A DNA stretch of 64,000 nt, taken from Epithemia pelagica. Taxonomy: Eukaryota > Protista > Bacillariophyta. This document shows, piece after piece, positions 1-10,455 of this stretch. A model generated the notes under the pieces. That model saw nothing but the letters and a program-made list of their open reading frames with translations, was not told the origin of the DNA and did not search any database. The stretch covers positions 496,001-560,000 of the forward strand of contig OX337237.1 in assembly GCA_946965045.2 (NCBI GenBank), in the 5' to 3' direction. The translations under genes were made by a program, and so were the position numbers. The first letter of the stretch is position 1. Each line of letters opens with the position of its first letter.

Positions 1-1
1 C

Positions 2-2506
2 GCCACGACCCGTCCGTTGCACCATCCTGGTCATTGTCGTCGCCATTCCATGGTTGTCTTGTCCATGACTAGTAAATCACCGAAGGCTCCGAAGGATGAC
101 GAAACCCTCAAATACTACTACGATGAAAAACGGTGGAAAAAGGATAACCTTACGGATGGTCAAGAGAGGAGCTTAAATGTCAGTTTGGGATACCGAATTG
201 GGGATCTCAAAGAAGACAGTAATCGAGTCAATTTAATTCAAGAGGAGTTGAAGATCGACTTGCCTCACTTTTTAAAGACTGGCGAAGAAGTCCATCGTCA
301 ATCCGTCCCCTTGGACTCTTTGAGAATGGCTCCCTATGACTTTGGATTCAGCCTGCGCCTTGCTCACGACGAGGACCTGAAAGTTTTCTTGCAAGAATTG
401 GACAAGGTGAGACAATGGCACAAGGATGCCAAGATCCGTGATACATATCTTTCACCGACCTTGACAATAGTGCAATCAAGTGGAACGGGCAAATCGAGAC
501 TAATGATTGAGGCAAAGAAACAACTTGAGACAAAGAACATTGCATGCCGGACTATTTTACTATCATCGAAGGACCACGCCAACCTTGAAAAAGATACATT
601 TGATACCTCTTACTGCATTCCTGACACCCTGCCTGGAGAAGATGGTTTGAATAAAGCACGAGATATGTTTCGCAATATGATTTTCCATCAATGCGCCGAG
701 GCAATTTCAAAATCAAATCCAAATGGGGAACCGAACGAAAATGATCTGGCCGAGGTTATTCTGTTTTTCGACGAAGCACAACACCTGGCAAAGCACGGCG
801 GCTACTTGTTTCGAGTGCTGCGATGGATTCTTCGAGAGAACCCTGAAATTTCTCTCGACGAAAAGAAATATCGAATTGTTGCTGTTTTGGCGGGGACAAC
901 CACGTCATTGACCAATTTTTCCTCCGAAGTTGAGGCACAGTCGTCAGACACGAGAGTTCTTAACACCGAGGGCGCATATTTCGAGAAGGGGGAAACACCG
1001 TTTGACCCGTTCTTCATGTTCCGAACGATGGGATGTCTTGCAAACCACCCCGACGTTAGGACTCCTCAAAGCATGAGTGAAAGTGAATACGACAATATGA
1101 TTCGATATGGTCGTCCCTTGTTCGCAGCAATGCACAAGGAGAAAAGGTTGGGCAATAACGAGATCTTTGAAATTGCCAACAAGATTATCCTGGGAGATAT
1201 GACAATGCCTCTGGCGTCTTGTCTCAGTGTACTGGGAACTCGCATCCAGATGGGACAGACATCTGTTGCCATGGTGTCAAGACTAGTCTCCAAAGGCTAC
1301 GCTCACTTGACATCGTTTCAGCAGGCACCAAAGCGGTCTGACGTACCGTCTAAGGCAACATTTACGTTCTTGCCAGACCCTGTTTGCGCCCGGATCTGTA
1401 TGGCACTCATGGACAAGGACTTTGCTATCCAAGGTGGACGGAATGGGAGAGAACGTACGCTTGACGCGACTATCACTGGGAACAAGAAGACCTTTTGGTC
1501 CGCTAAGATGGGCGAGCTTTTTTCGAACAGTATATGCGAGGCCAACAAGGGGGACTACGGCGAAGTGGCATCGGCTTTGTTTTTGTTGTTTTGCGGAGAC
1601 ATTCTTCGCAAGAAGGCAGACCCTGACTACAAGACATTTTCAGTTGCCCTGGGTCAATATCTTGAACAGATTGCAAGAAATACCAATGCTACTGAGGATG
1701 ATGACCCGACGAACGTAGAATCAGGCCATGCGATATCAAATTGTCACGTGAATTTCATACAGTTGTTTCAATATAGATTCCACGTTGCATTGTCCGATCT
1801 TGGGCGGTCGGATTTTCTTGAGGGTTTGTACAACAAGGCTTGCGCAATATACTCTCCAAACAACCGGGAAGCAGCAGATTTGGTGTTTCCCTGCCGATCA
1901 ATGGCATTGTCAGGAAGGGTTGAGTACATTCCCATCTTTGTGAGTGTAAAGAATCAAGCTGAGGTGTATCCCGCGACGGCGAACGGCTTCCTGTCTGAAT
2001 CATTGAAGAAACTTCACTCAGCCGGTATCACAAAAGGTTTGTTGCTCCTGTGTCTCGTTGGACAAGATCGGGAGGATTTGAGACGGTCAGACTATAACAA
2101 TGTTCTCGGCAAGAAGAGAACCGATAGCTTGTCCTCATTGAAGTTGGACGATGAGCTAAAGAAAGCCGTATGTAGCAACGTTGACAATTTGAGAGAAAAG
2201 CTGGTTCCCAAGATGTTTTGCATTCATAAAGACGAATTTGGTATCTATGAGGCTGTTATGGCTTCCAAGTCGCAGAAAGCGTTTCAACGAGCCGATGTGT
2301 TTACAATGCACCATGAGCTTTTGCATGAGGAACAAAAAGAAAGTGACAAGAACACCCAGTTGCCGTCCTTTGTATCCTCGTTTAGGAAAGAGCCGAGGGA
2401 TTTGTATAAGAAAACGTTGGGTTGCGTGAGTAAGTATTCCACGAGACTGACTGATGTGAAGGAATCCAAGCTAGAGAAGTCTCTAGAGGATGAAGCAAAA
2501 GACTAA
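2..2506 (+). CDS. Crinkler/RHS-like P-loop NTPase + REase-fold protein, copy 1 (module A leader, 5' end cut by window edge, otherwise intact)
   Basis: Walker A IVQSSGTGKSRL, Walker B ILFFDEAQHL, sensor-like VLAGTTTSLTNF, YGRPLF, FLPDPVCA, KGDYGE, and an REase-like core ADLVFP...IPIFVSVKN. The first 60 nt match the module A leader of copies 3 and 6. The family assignment is from remembered motifs. Confidence 0.75.
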   Translation, partial: ATTRPLHHPGHCRRHSMVVLSMTSKSPKAPKDDETLKYYYDEKRWKKDNLTDGQERSLNVSLGYRIGDLKEDSNRVNLIQEELKIDLPHFLKTGEEVHRQSVPLDSLRMAPYDFGFSLRLAHDEDLKVFLQELDKVRQWHKDAKIRDTYLSPTLTIVQSSGTGKSRLMIEAKKQLETKNIACRTILLSSKDHANLEKDTFDTSYCIPDTLPGEDGLNKARDMFRNMIFHQCAEAISKSNPNGEPNENDLAEVILFFDEAQHLAKHGGYLFRVLRWILRENPEISLDEKKYRIVAVLAGTTTSLTNFSSEVEAQSSDTRVLNTEGAYFEKGETPFDPFFMFRTMGCLANHPDVRTPQSMSESEYDNMIRYGRPLFAAMHKEKRLGNNEIFEIANKIILGDMTMPLASCLSVLGTRIQMGQTSVAMVSRLVSKGYAHLTSFQQAPKRSDVPSKATFTFLPDPVCARICMALMDKDFAIQGGRNGRERTLDATITGNKKTFWSAKMGELFSNSICEANKGDYGEVASALFLLFCGDILRKKADPDYKTFSVALGQYLEQIARNTNATEDDDPTNVESGHAISNCHVNFIQLFQYRFHVALSDLGRSDFLEGLYNKACAIYSPNNREAADLVFPCRSMALSGRVEYIPIFVSVKNQAEVYPATANGFLSESLKKLHSAGITKGLLLLCLVGQDREDLRRSDYNNVLGKKRTDSLSSLKLDDELKKAVCSNVDNLREKLVPKMFCIHKDEFGIYEAVMASKSQKAFQRADVFTMHHELLHEEQKESDKNTQLPSFVSSFRKEPRDLYKKTLGCVSKYSTRLTDVKESKLEKSLEDEAKD

Positions 2507-2784
2507 GTAGAGTATTATCGCTGAGATTTTGTCTTTATTTTTCGTGAAGTGACATTTAGTGAGTTTTGAGTTCGAGCAGTATCCCGCATAGGAGGTGACG
2601 TACCGGTGTCACTTGAGGGATCGACGAGGCGCACATCCCGCAGTTGCCGCCCCGCAACTCACTCAAAGCGTGCGAGCTCTTCTAAGAAAAGCTCGATGTT
2701 GCCGTTCAGGTTGACATACATTTCTTCCCCATCGCGTCGTACTCATCTTTGGGTCCTCCTGTCTGGACAACGTGGACTGTGTGG

Positions 2785-3892
2785 TCATGAAACATCCATG
2801 CCAACTGTCCCAATGAGGTGCCACTCATGCGACCATTTGTTTTTCATCGGGATAACCATTCCTCTCATGCTGAACTCATAGTCTTGCTGGCTTTGGTTTT
2901 GCCTCCGCCGACCATAGGACAAGTCCAAATCGGCACACGTTTCCACGGATTCAGTCAAGGCTTGTTGATCGGCATTCGTCCAGGTCAAGGTGGTAGTGGC
3001 ATTGCGTAGAATGCGCCGTCGTTCTTGTTCTTAAGCGACATGCGCATATCCACATTGGAGAGCGACCATCACGACGGTATCCGGGGCCTCTGCGGTTTGG
3101 TCCACAACTTGTTGCAAGACTTGACGTCAGGCGGCTTGTTCCGTGTCATTGCAAACACGGTAGTGTGTCCAAGCCAAGAGAGTTCGATTCTTCATCTCTA
3201 GATTTATTGTGGTTGGCGACATAGGACAGGACGGTCCGCGCCGTGGTGGAATCCAGGACGGTTTCCATGAACAAGGCATGGGCGGGAGTGGCCTGACACT
3301 CCATGTACTTTTCAAGCCAGGCCGAGGGTCCAATGGCCACGGCCGCATTGTCATTGCCATTGTTGCTGCGTCGGGTCAAGGCTTTCCCTGGAGTGGTACT
3401 CTTGGTATCGTGGAGATCAAACGCGGTGCCCTGTCTCGCTCGACCCGCGGCCAAGTCCAAGCTCGTTTGGGCATCTTGTCGACTGCAGTGCGGTTGATGC
3501 GGACTCTGAATGACGCGGTGCAACAGGACACGCGTCAAATGACGGAGGGAATACTTGAACGAATCATCATATCCAGTGGCCTCAATCAAGGTAAAGCGTG
3601 TCAAGGCGGCCCGATCTTGGGTCGTTTCCACCATTTCGCAATCCAAGGCAAAAAGTTTGGGCGCTTGTTGTGGTTGTTGTTGCTCTTGTTATGATTTTAG
3701 TGTGGTTGTGGTTGTTGCAGGCCAAGATGGTGGTCAAGAGGGTGGTCAAGTCTTGCACGAGCAATTGGTGGAGGGCTCGGGTCGCTGTATGGACTTCCAG
3801 GACCACGACACATGCGACACTGACGGGATTGTGCAAACACAGCCAGGCCGGGGAAGACCCTTGTATCGAACGGCAGATGACGACGAAGCTTA
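2785..3892 (-). pseudogene. Decayed REX1/REXO5-like DEDDh RNA exonuclease relic (unit 1)
   Basis: The minus strand reads PKLFALDCEMVETTQDRAALTRFTLIE (ExoI), then YSLRHLTRVLLHRVIQSPHQPHCSRQDA (ExoIII, H-x4-D). The ExoII segment is missing. An upstream SPAWLCLHNPVSVACVVVLEV resembles the REXO5/Rex1 N-terminus. Stops and frameshifts are present. Ends are approximate. Confidence 0.7.
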
Positions 3893-5499
3893 ATGGTACG
3901 ATCGTTTCGTTCCGGGTGCCAATTTGGTGGTATCATTGATCTCGGGTGGTGTTACTGTTATGGTGGTGGATGTTGGCATGGCGAGGCTGAACAAAATATC
4001 TCCATGATGCGATCCTTCGAGCAGACGTCCTTCGGGACAACCACGTCTCCAATAAAAGGTGGCAGCCACCGTGTCGTCACTATGGTCGTCGTCGTCGTCT
4101 GCTGTAGTGGTAGTTGCATCGCCAGGGTCATCTGGTTGCTCTTGTGGTGGACCACACGGGCGTGAACGACGACGATGCCTCACCAAGGTGCGCCATTCAT
4201 ACAACTCGTGGACCGACACGAGGCCACTGACACTGGCATGTATGGCGACGGTGCTCCATCGTTTGCGCAACTTTTTGTATCGACCCTTGTCCTATTTCGT
4301 CTACCCATTTTGGTCTATGGTCGTTGTTGGGTTGTGGTGGTTTGGTTCTTGGTTCCTGGGTGCTGCGGCAGCTTCTATTCCCCCAGCAAGACGTGTGTGT
4401 ATATGTATTTGTATGTATGTATGAAGGTTGTTGTGGTTGTGGAACACAACGTTCTCGGCGGACATTCCAGTCGATGTGGTGGGCGATGCAACATGTTTCT
4501 CTTGTCGTGCTCTCGGTTGTTCTCTTCTTGTTCAATCTCTTTGTTGATCGGTTCTCTTGTTTGATCTCTTTTGCTACGCAGAATCCAGGTGCTACATGAC
4601 AATAGGACTACAAAAGTTTCAAGTTTTATGTCATGTTCTGCTCTGTTGTTTTCTTGTTGCGTGCTTGTTGCCCCGCCCCGTACAGACCATACGGACTCCT
4701 TGCAAATTCTATTTTTCAATTTTCATGGCTGCATCCCATTCCTCCACCAGTCTCAACAGACTGCTGGTGCATGCGGAGAGTCTCCCACTCTTGCTGTGAG
4801 CCTTTCAAGGACCATTGAACGGAATACCGATGTTTGGACAATCATGGTTGAAGCCCTGTGTGGTTTCTCGGGAGACATTTTTGTTTCAATTGGCATTGCT
4901 GGACGACCTACAATGTGTTTAGCTTGAAAGCAGTGCCTTCACCGAACATCCATCTAGGTAGGGAAGTATGAAACAACTGTAACACATCTCTTTCACGGGT
5001 GGCTTGGATCTGTTCTTGGAAGCCAACCGCACATGTACGATGGCGAGCGACATTTGACTAACAGCAATCATTTATCGCAAGATTTATCAAACTCTCAGTG
5101 GCACCCAATCCTTGTTAATTCCCAACAAACCAACAAATTACGTTGAGCATGAAACGCTCTTTTTCCGTTAGCAGTTGAGCGTCTCTGTGGAGGCCGTTTC
5201 CAATCGGTGCGTAAGTTTCGTGCGAACATCTTGGTTGACAAGCTTGACTCGTCCATCTGTGACCCTGAACTTACCATATAAGATGCTGTTGCGCAGATAT
5301 TTGATTTGGCAATGCTCCAGGCAAAGGCGCACAGGGCGACCCTATTTATCATTTGTCGTATGCCTCCCCCCAAGCTTTTCACAGCCAGCAATTTCCAGGG
5401 ATTCAACTTCGCTACAGACCAATATTGTGGTCGGACAAATGCCTCCAGATTGTTAGCAGGAACAATGAAAATGAACCGATCTTTGTCAAAGACAACAGG

Positions 5500-5878
5500 T
5501 GTGGCTCGTCGTCGACTTGCAATGCTTGTATTTTTTGTCGCTCTTCTTCCCAAACCTTGGATTCTTCTTCTTCTTTTTGTGCCTTGCGTCCTTTTCCTGC
5601 TTCTTCTCGACGTTTTCGTACTTCGGCCGATTTGGTCATGTTGCGACTGTGATCGTGACAGGTCCAGCGGAGGCTGCTTTCTTGTTTTTTCCTCTCCTCC
5701 TCCACACGGGCAGCGGCAGCCACTGTGGAAAAAGGATCGTGGTTGCTACATGCTGTCGTTCGTTCCTTGTCGTCGTAGTCCTCGTCATCCTCTTCATCTT
5801 CGGCCTTCGGCATTTATCGGCCTTTCCGGAATCTCCACGAGGACCAACTCCACGTTTGTTGAATCGTCCCTTGGCCAT
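5500..5878 (-). pseudogene. Possible PP28/PDAP1-like gene fragment (also near 12065-12443, 28930-29275, 43750-44131, 50315-50702)
   Basis: MAKGRFNKRG start, an acidic EDEEDDEDYDD tract and AEVRKRREEAGKGRKAQKEEEE (resembling the PP28 C-terminal RxxREEA motif), spread over two frames. Confidence 0.35.
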
Positions 5879-6233
5879 GGTGATGCTGTTGCGGGGATTG
5901 CTTTCGGTGGATAGAATGGAACGATATCTGATAGCGTTCATCTACCTGTCGTCGTGGCTGTCGTGACGATGTCGTCCGACAATGGGAGTAACTCGACTTT
6001 GTGGCTTTGAATGTCCTGATGACTGTCGTGAGAATGTCGTGATTGTCGAAAAAATGTCGTATTCGCATCGTTAACTCGTACTCAATACTCAATACTAAAC
6101 TCAGCCGTCCTTCTTGGCGGTTCAATTTTTGTTTCATTTGTGAAAAACTCTTGAAACAACCACCGAGAGCGAGTCATTTCTTTGCCATCAATGGTCAACG
6201 TTGTATCTTTGGATCCAGAGAAACCGTTCTCCC

Positions 6234-9067
6234 ATGAACCATCCATCTATCTACAATAGCGCACGGACTGCGTTACACCACCTGAGAACGAGATGGGTCG
6301 GTCCGCGAGATCTGCAGATTCCTTCTTCATCCCGTAAGTTCCAGGCTTTTCTCCTTGCGACTATTGCTGAGAATGTGTACTAGCTAGATAACCCAAGTCG
6401 TACAAAGCTCATGGCGCCTTTCGAACAGGTGCATCTGTAGATGGACCTTGTATGGAACACCGCTGTTGGACTGTTGCTCCGTATTCCGCCTAGCATTCGA
6501 ATAGGATTTGTCTTACCCTTTCCCTCACCGCTGTCTTGTGCTCCCTAGGTAATGCTTTACTGCGGAACCTTTCAAAGGCTTACGTAGCAACCACTGCTAA
6601 AATACCTGGAACGAAAGAAGCTAATGTTAGCAAATCACCGAAGGTTCCGAAGAATAACGAAACCCTCAAATACTACTACGATGAAAAACGGTGGAAAAAG
6701 GATAACCTCACGGTGCAGCAAGAGAAACGCTTAAGTGTTAATCTTGAAATGCCAATTGAGAGTCTCAATGATGAAGAAGATGACATTTTTATTGGGATTC
6801 AAAAAATGTTGAAGATCGACTTGCCTCACTTTTTAAAGACTGGCGAAGAAGTCCATCGTCAATCCGTCCCCTTGGACTCTTTGAGAATGGCTCCCTATGA
6901 CTTTGGATTCAGCCTGCGCCTTGCTCACGACGAGGACCTGAAAGTTTTCTTGCAAGAATTGGACAAGGTGAGACAATGGCACAAGGATGCCAAAATCCGT
7001 GATACATATCTTTCACCGACCTTGACAATAGTGCAATCTAGTGGAACGGGCAAATCGAGACTGATCACGGAGGCAAAGAAACAACTTGAGACAAATAAGC
7101 TTGCATGCCGAACTATTTTACTATCATCGAAGGACCACGCCAACCTTGAAAAAGATACATTTGATACCTCTTACTGCATTCCTGACACCCTGCCTGGAGA
7201 AGATGGTTTGAATAAAGCACGAGATATGTTTCGCAATATGATTTTCCATCAATGCGCCGAGGCAATTTCAAAATCAAATCCAAATGGGGAACCGAACGAA
7301 AATGATCCGACCGAGGTTATTCTGTTTTTCGACGAAGCTCAACACCTGGGAAAGCACGGCGGCTACTTGTTTCGTGTGCTGCGATGGATTCTTCGAGAGA
7401 ACCCTGAAATTTCTAATGACAAAAAGAAATATCGAATTGTTGCTGTTTTGGCGGGTACAACGACGTCATTGACCAATTTTTTCCCCGAAGTTGAGGCACA
7501 GTCGTCAGACACGAGAGTTCTTAACACCAAGGGCGCATATTTCGAGAAGGGGGAAACACCGTTTGACCCGTTCTTCATGTTCCGAACGATGGGATGTCTT
7601 GCAAACCACCCCGACGTTAGGACTCCTCAAAGCATGAGTGAAAGTGAATACGACAATATGATTCGATATGGTCGTCCCTTGTTCGCAGCAATGCACAAGG
7701 AGAAAAGGTTGGGCAATAACGAGATCTTTGAAATTGCCAACAAGATTATCCTGGGAGATATGACAATGCCTCTGGCGTCTTGTCTCAGTGTACTGGGAAC
7801 TCGTATCCAGATGGGACAGACATCTGTTGCCATGGTGTCAAGACTAGTCTCCAAAGGCTACGCTCACTTGACATCGTTTCAGCAGGCACCAAAGCGGTCT
7901 GACGTACCGTCTAAGGCAACATTTACGTTCTTGCCAGACCCTGTTTGCGCCCGGATCTGTATGGCACTCATGGACAAGGACTTTGCTATCCAAGGTGGAC
8001 GGAATGGGAGAGAACGTACGCTTGACGCGACTATCACTGGGAACAAGAAGACCTTTTGGTCCGCTAAGATGGGCGAGCTTTTTTCGAACAGTATATGCGA
8101 GGCCAACAAGGGGGACTACGGCGAAGTGGCATCGGCTTTGTTTTTGTTGTTTTGCGGAGACATTCTTCGCAAGAAGGCAGACCCTGACTACAAGACATTC
8201 TCAGTTGCCCTGGGTCAATATCTTGAACAGATTGCAAGAAATGCCAATGCTACTGAGGATGATGACCCGACGAACGTAGAATCAGGCCATGCGATATCAA
8301 ATTGTCACGTGAATTTCATACAGTTGTTTCAATATAGATTCCACATTGCATTGTCCGATCTTGGGCGGTCGGATTTTCTTGAGGGTTTGTACAACAAGGC
8401 TTGCGCAGTATACTCTCCAAACAACCGGGAAGCAGTAGATTTGGTGGTTCCCTGTCGATCAATGGCATCGTCAGGAAGGGTTGAGTACATACCCATCTTT
8501 GTGAGTGTAAAGAATCAAGCTGAGGTGTATCCCGCGACGGCGAACGGCTTCCTGTCTGAATCATTGAAGAAACTTCACTCAGCCGGTATCACAAAAGGTT
8601 TGTTGCTCCTGTGTCTCGTTGGACAAGATCGGGAGGATTTGAGACGGTCAGACTATAACAATGTTCTCGGCAAGAAGAGAACCGATAGCTTGTCCTCATT
8701 GAAGTTGGACGATGAGCTAAAGAAAGCCGTATGTAGCAACGTTGACAATTTGAGAGAAAAGCTGGTTCCCAAGATGTTTTGCATTCATAAAGACGAATTT
8801 GGTATCTATGAGGCTGTTATGGCTTCCAAGTCGCAGAAAGCGTTTCAACGAGCCGATGTGTTTACAATGCACCATGAGCTTTTGCATGAGGAACAAAAAG
8901 AAAGTGACAAGAACACCCAGTTGCCGTCCTTTGTATCCTCGTTTAGGAAAGAGCCGAGGGATTTGTATAAGAAAACGTTGGGTTGCGTGAGTAAGTATTC
9001 CACGAGACTGACTGATGTGAAGGAATCCAAGCTAGAGAAGTCTCTAGAGGATGAAGCAAAAGACTAA
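6234..9067 (+). CDS. CR-like NTPase-REase copy 2 (module B), spliced: exon 1 6234-6333, exon 2 6549-9067, 872 aa
   Basis: ATG at 6234. A phase-1 donor C|GTAAGT at 6334 and a phase-1 acceptor (ctcac...gtcttgtgctccctAG|GT) at 6548 join in frame (CGT = Arg). The ORF-track start is a TTG inside the intron. Confidence 0.8.
6334..6548 (+). other. Predicted 215-nt GT-AG intron in module B (equivalents 29731-29946 and 44586-44801)
   Basis: GTAAGT donor, ctcac branch-like motif, pyrimidine tract and TAG acceptor. Phases match in all three B copies. Confidence 0.75.
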
Positions 9068-9346
9068 GTAGAGTATTATCGCTGAGACTTTGTCTTTATT
9101 TTTCGTGAAGTGACATTTAGTGAGTTTTGAGTTCGAGCAGTATCCCGCATAGGAGGTGACGTACTGGTGTCACTTGAGGGATCGACGAGGCGCACATCCC
9201 GCAGTTGCCGCCCCGCAACTCACTCAAAGCGTGCGAGCTCTTCTAAAGAAAAGCTCGATGTTGCCGTTCAGGTTGACATACATTTCTTCCCCATCGCGTC
9301 GTACTCATCTTTGGGTCCTCCTGTCTGGACAACGTGGACTGTGTGG

Positions 9347-10455
9347 TCATGAAACATCCATGCCAACTGTCCCAATGAGGTGCCACTCATGCGACCATTT
9401 GTTTTTCATCGGGATAACCATTCCTCTCATGCTGAACTCATAGTCTTGCTGGCTTTGGTTTTGCCTCCGCCGACCATAGGACAAGTCCAAATCGGCACAC
9501 ATTTCCACGGATTCAGTCAAGGCTTGTTGATCGGCATTCGTCCAGGTCAAGGTGGTAGTGGCATTGCGTAGAATGCGCCGTCGTTCTTGTTCTTAAGCGA
9601 CATGCGCATATCCACATTGGAGAGCGACCATCACGACGGTATCCGGGGCCTCTGCGGTTTGGTCCACAACTTGTTGCAAGACTTGACGTCAGGCGGCTTG
9701 TTCCGTGTCATTGCAAACACGGTAGTGTGTCCAAGCCAAGAGAGTTCGATTCTTCATCTCTAGATTTATTGTGGTTGGCGACATAGGACAGGACGGTCCG
9801 CGCCGTGGTGGAATCCAGGACGGTTTCCATGAACAAGGCATGGGCGGGAGTGGCCTGACACTCCATGTACTTTTCAAGCCAGGCCGAGGGTCCAATGGCC
9901 ACGGCCGCATTGTCATTGCCATTGTTGCTGCGTCGGGTCAAGGCTTTCCCTGGAGTGGTACTCTTGGTATCGTGGAGATCAAACGCGGTGCCCTGTCTCG
10001 CTCGACCCGCGGCCAAGTCCAAGCTCGTTTGGGCATCTTGTCGACTGCAGTGCGGTTGATGCGGACTCTGAATGACGCGGTGCAACAGGACACGCGTCAA
10101 ATGACGGAGGGAATACTTGAACGAATCATCATATCCAGTGGCCTCAATCAAGGTAAAGCGTGTCAAGGCGGCCCGATCTTGGGTCGTTTCCACCATTTCG
10201 CAATCCAAGGCAAAAAGTTTGGGCGCTTGTTGTGGTTGTTGTTGCTCTTGTTATGATTTTTAGTGTGGTTGTGGTTGTTGCAGGCCAAGATGGTGGTCAA
10301 GAGGGTGGTCAAGTCTTGCACGAGCAATTGGTGGAGGGCTCGGGTCGCTGTATGGACTTCCAGGACCACGACACATGCGACACTGACGGGATTGTGCAAA
10401 CACAGCCAGGCCGGGGAAGACCCTTGTATCGAACGGCAGATGACGACGAAGCTTA
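9347..10455 (-). pseudogene. REX1/REXO5-like exonuclease relic (unit 2)
   Basis: Near-identical copy of 2785-3892. Confidence 0.7.

Noticed and set aside
1-2506. Prokaryotic restriction-modification or antiphage operon
   Set aside because: No methylase or operon structure is present; introns, eukaryotic targeting peptides and eukaryotic transposons surround the gene.
3890-5560. Many 60-200 aa ORFs repeated in each unit spacer (including the 152-aa minus-strand ORF at 5095-5553)
   Set aside because: No recognisable motifs, mostly non-ATG starts and low-complexity sequence. Recurrence only reflects recent duplication, and several change frame between units.
6376-6392. Link between tactagctag in the module B intron and TACTAGCTAGTA after the copia-3 LTR
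   Set aside because: It is a short palindromic match with no flanking similarity and is likely chance.
6536-6548. ORF-track starts (MCSLG...) for copies 2, 4 and 5
   Set aside because: The codon is TTG and lies within the pyrimidine tract/acceptor of a well-formed intron. The spliced model with an upstream ATG fits better.
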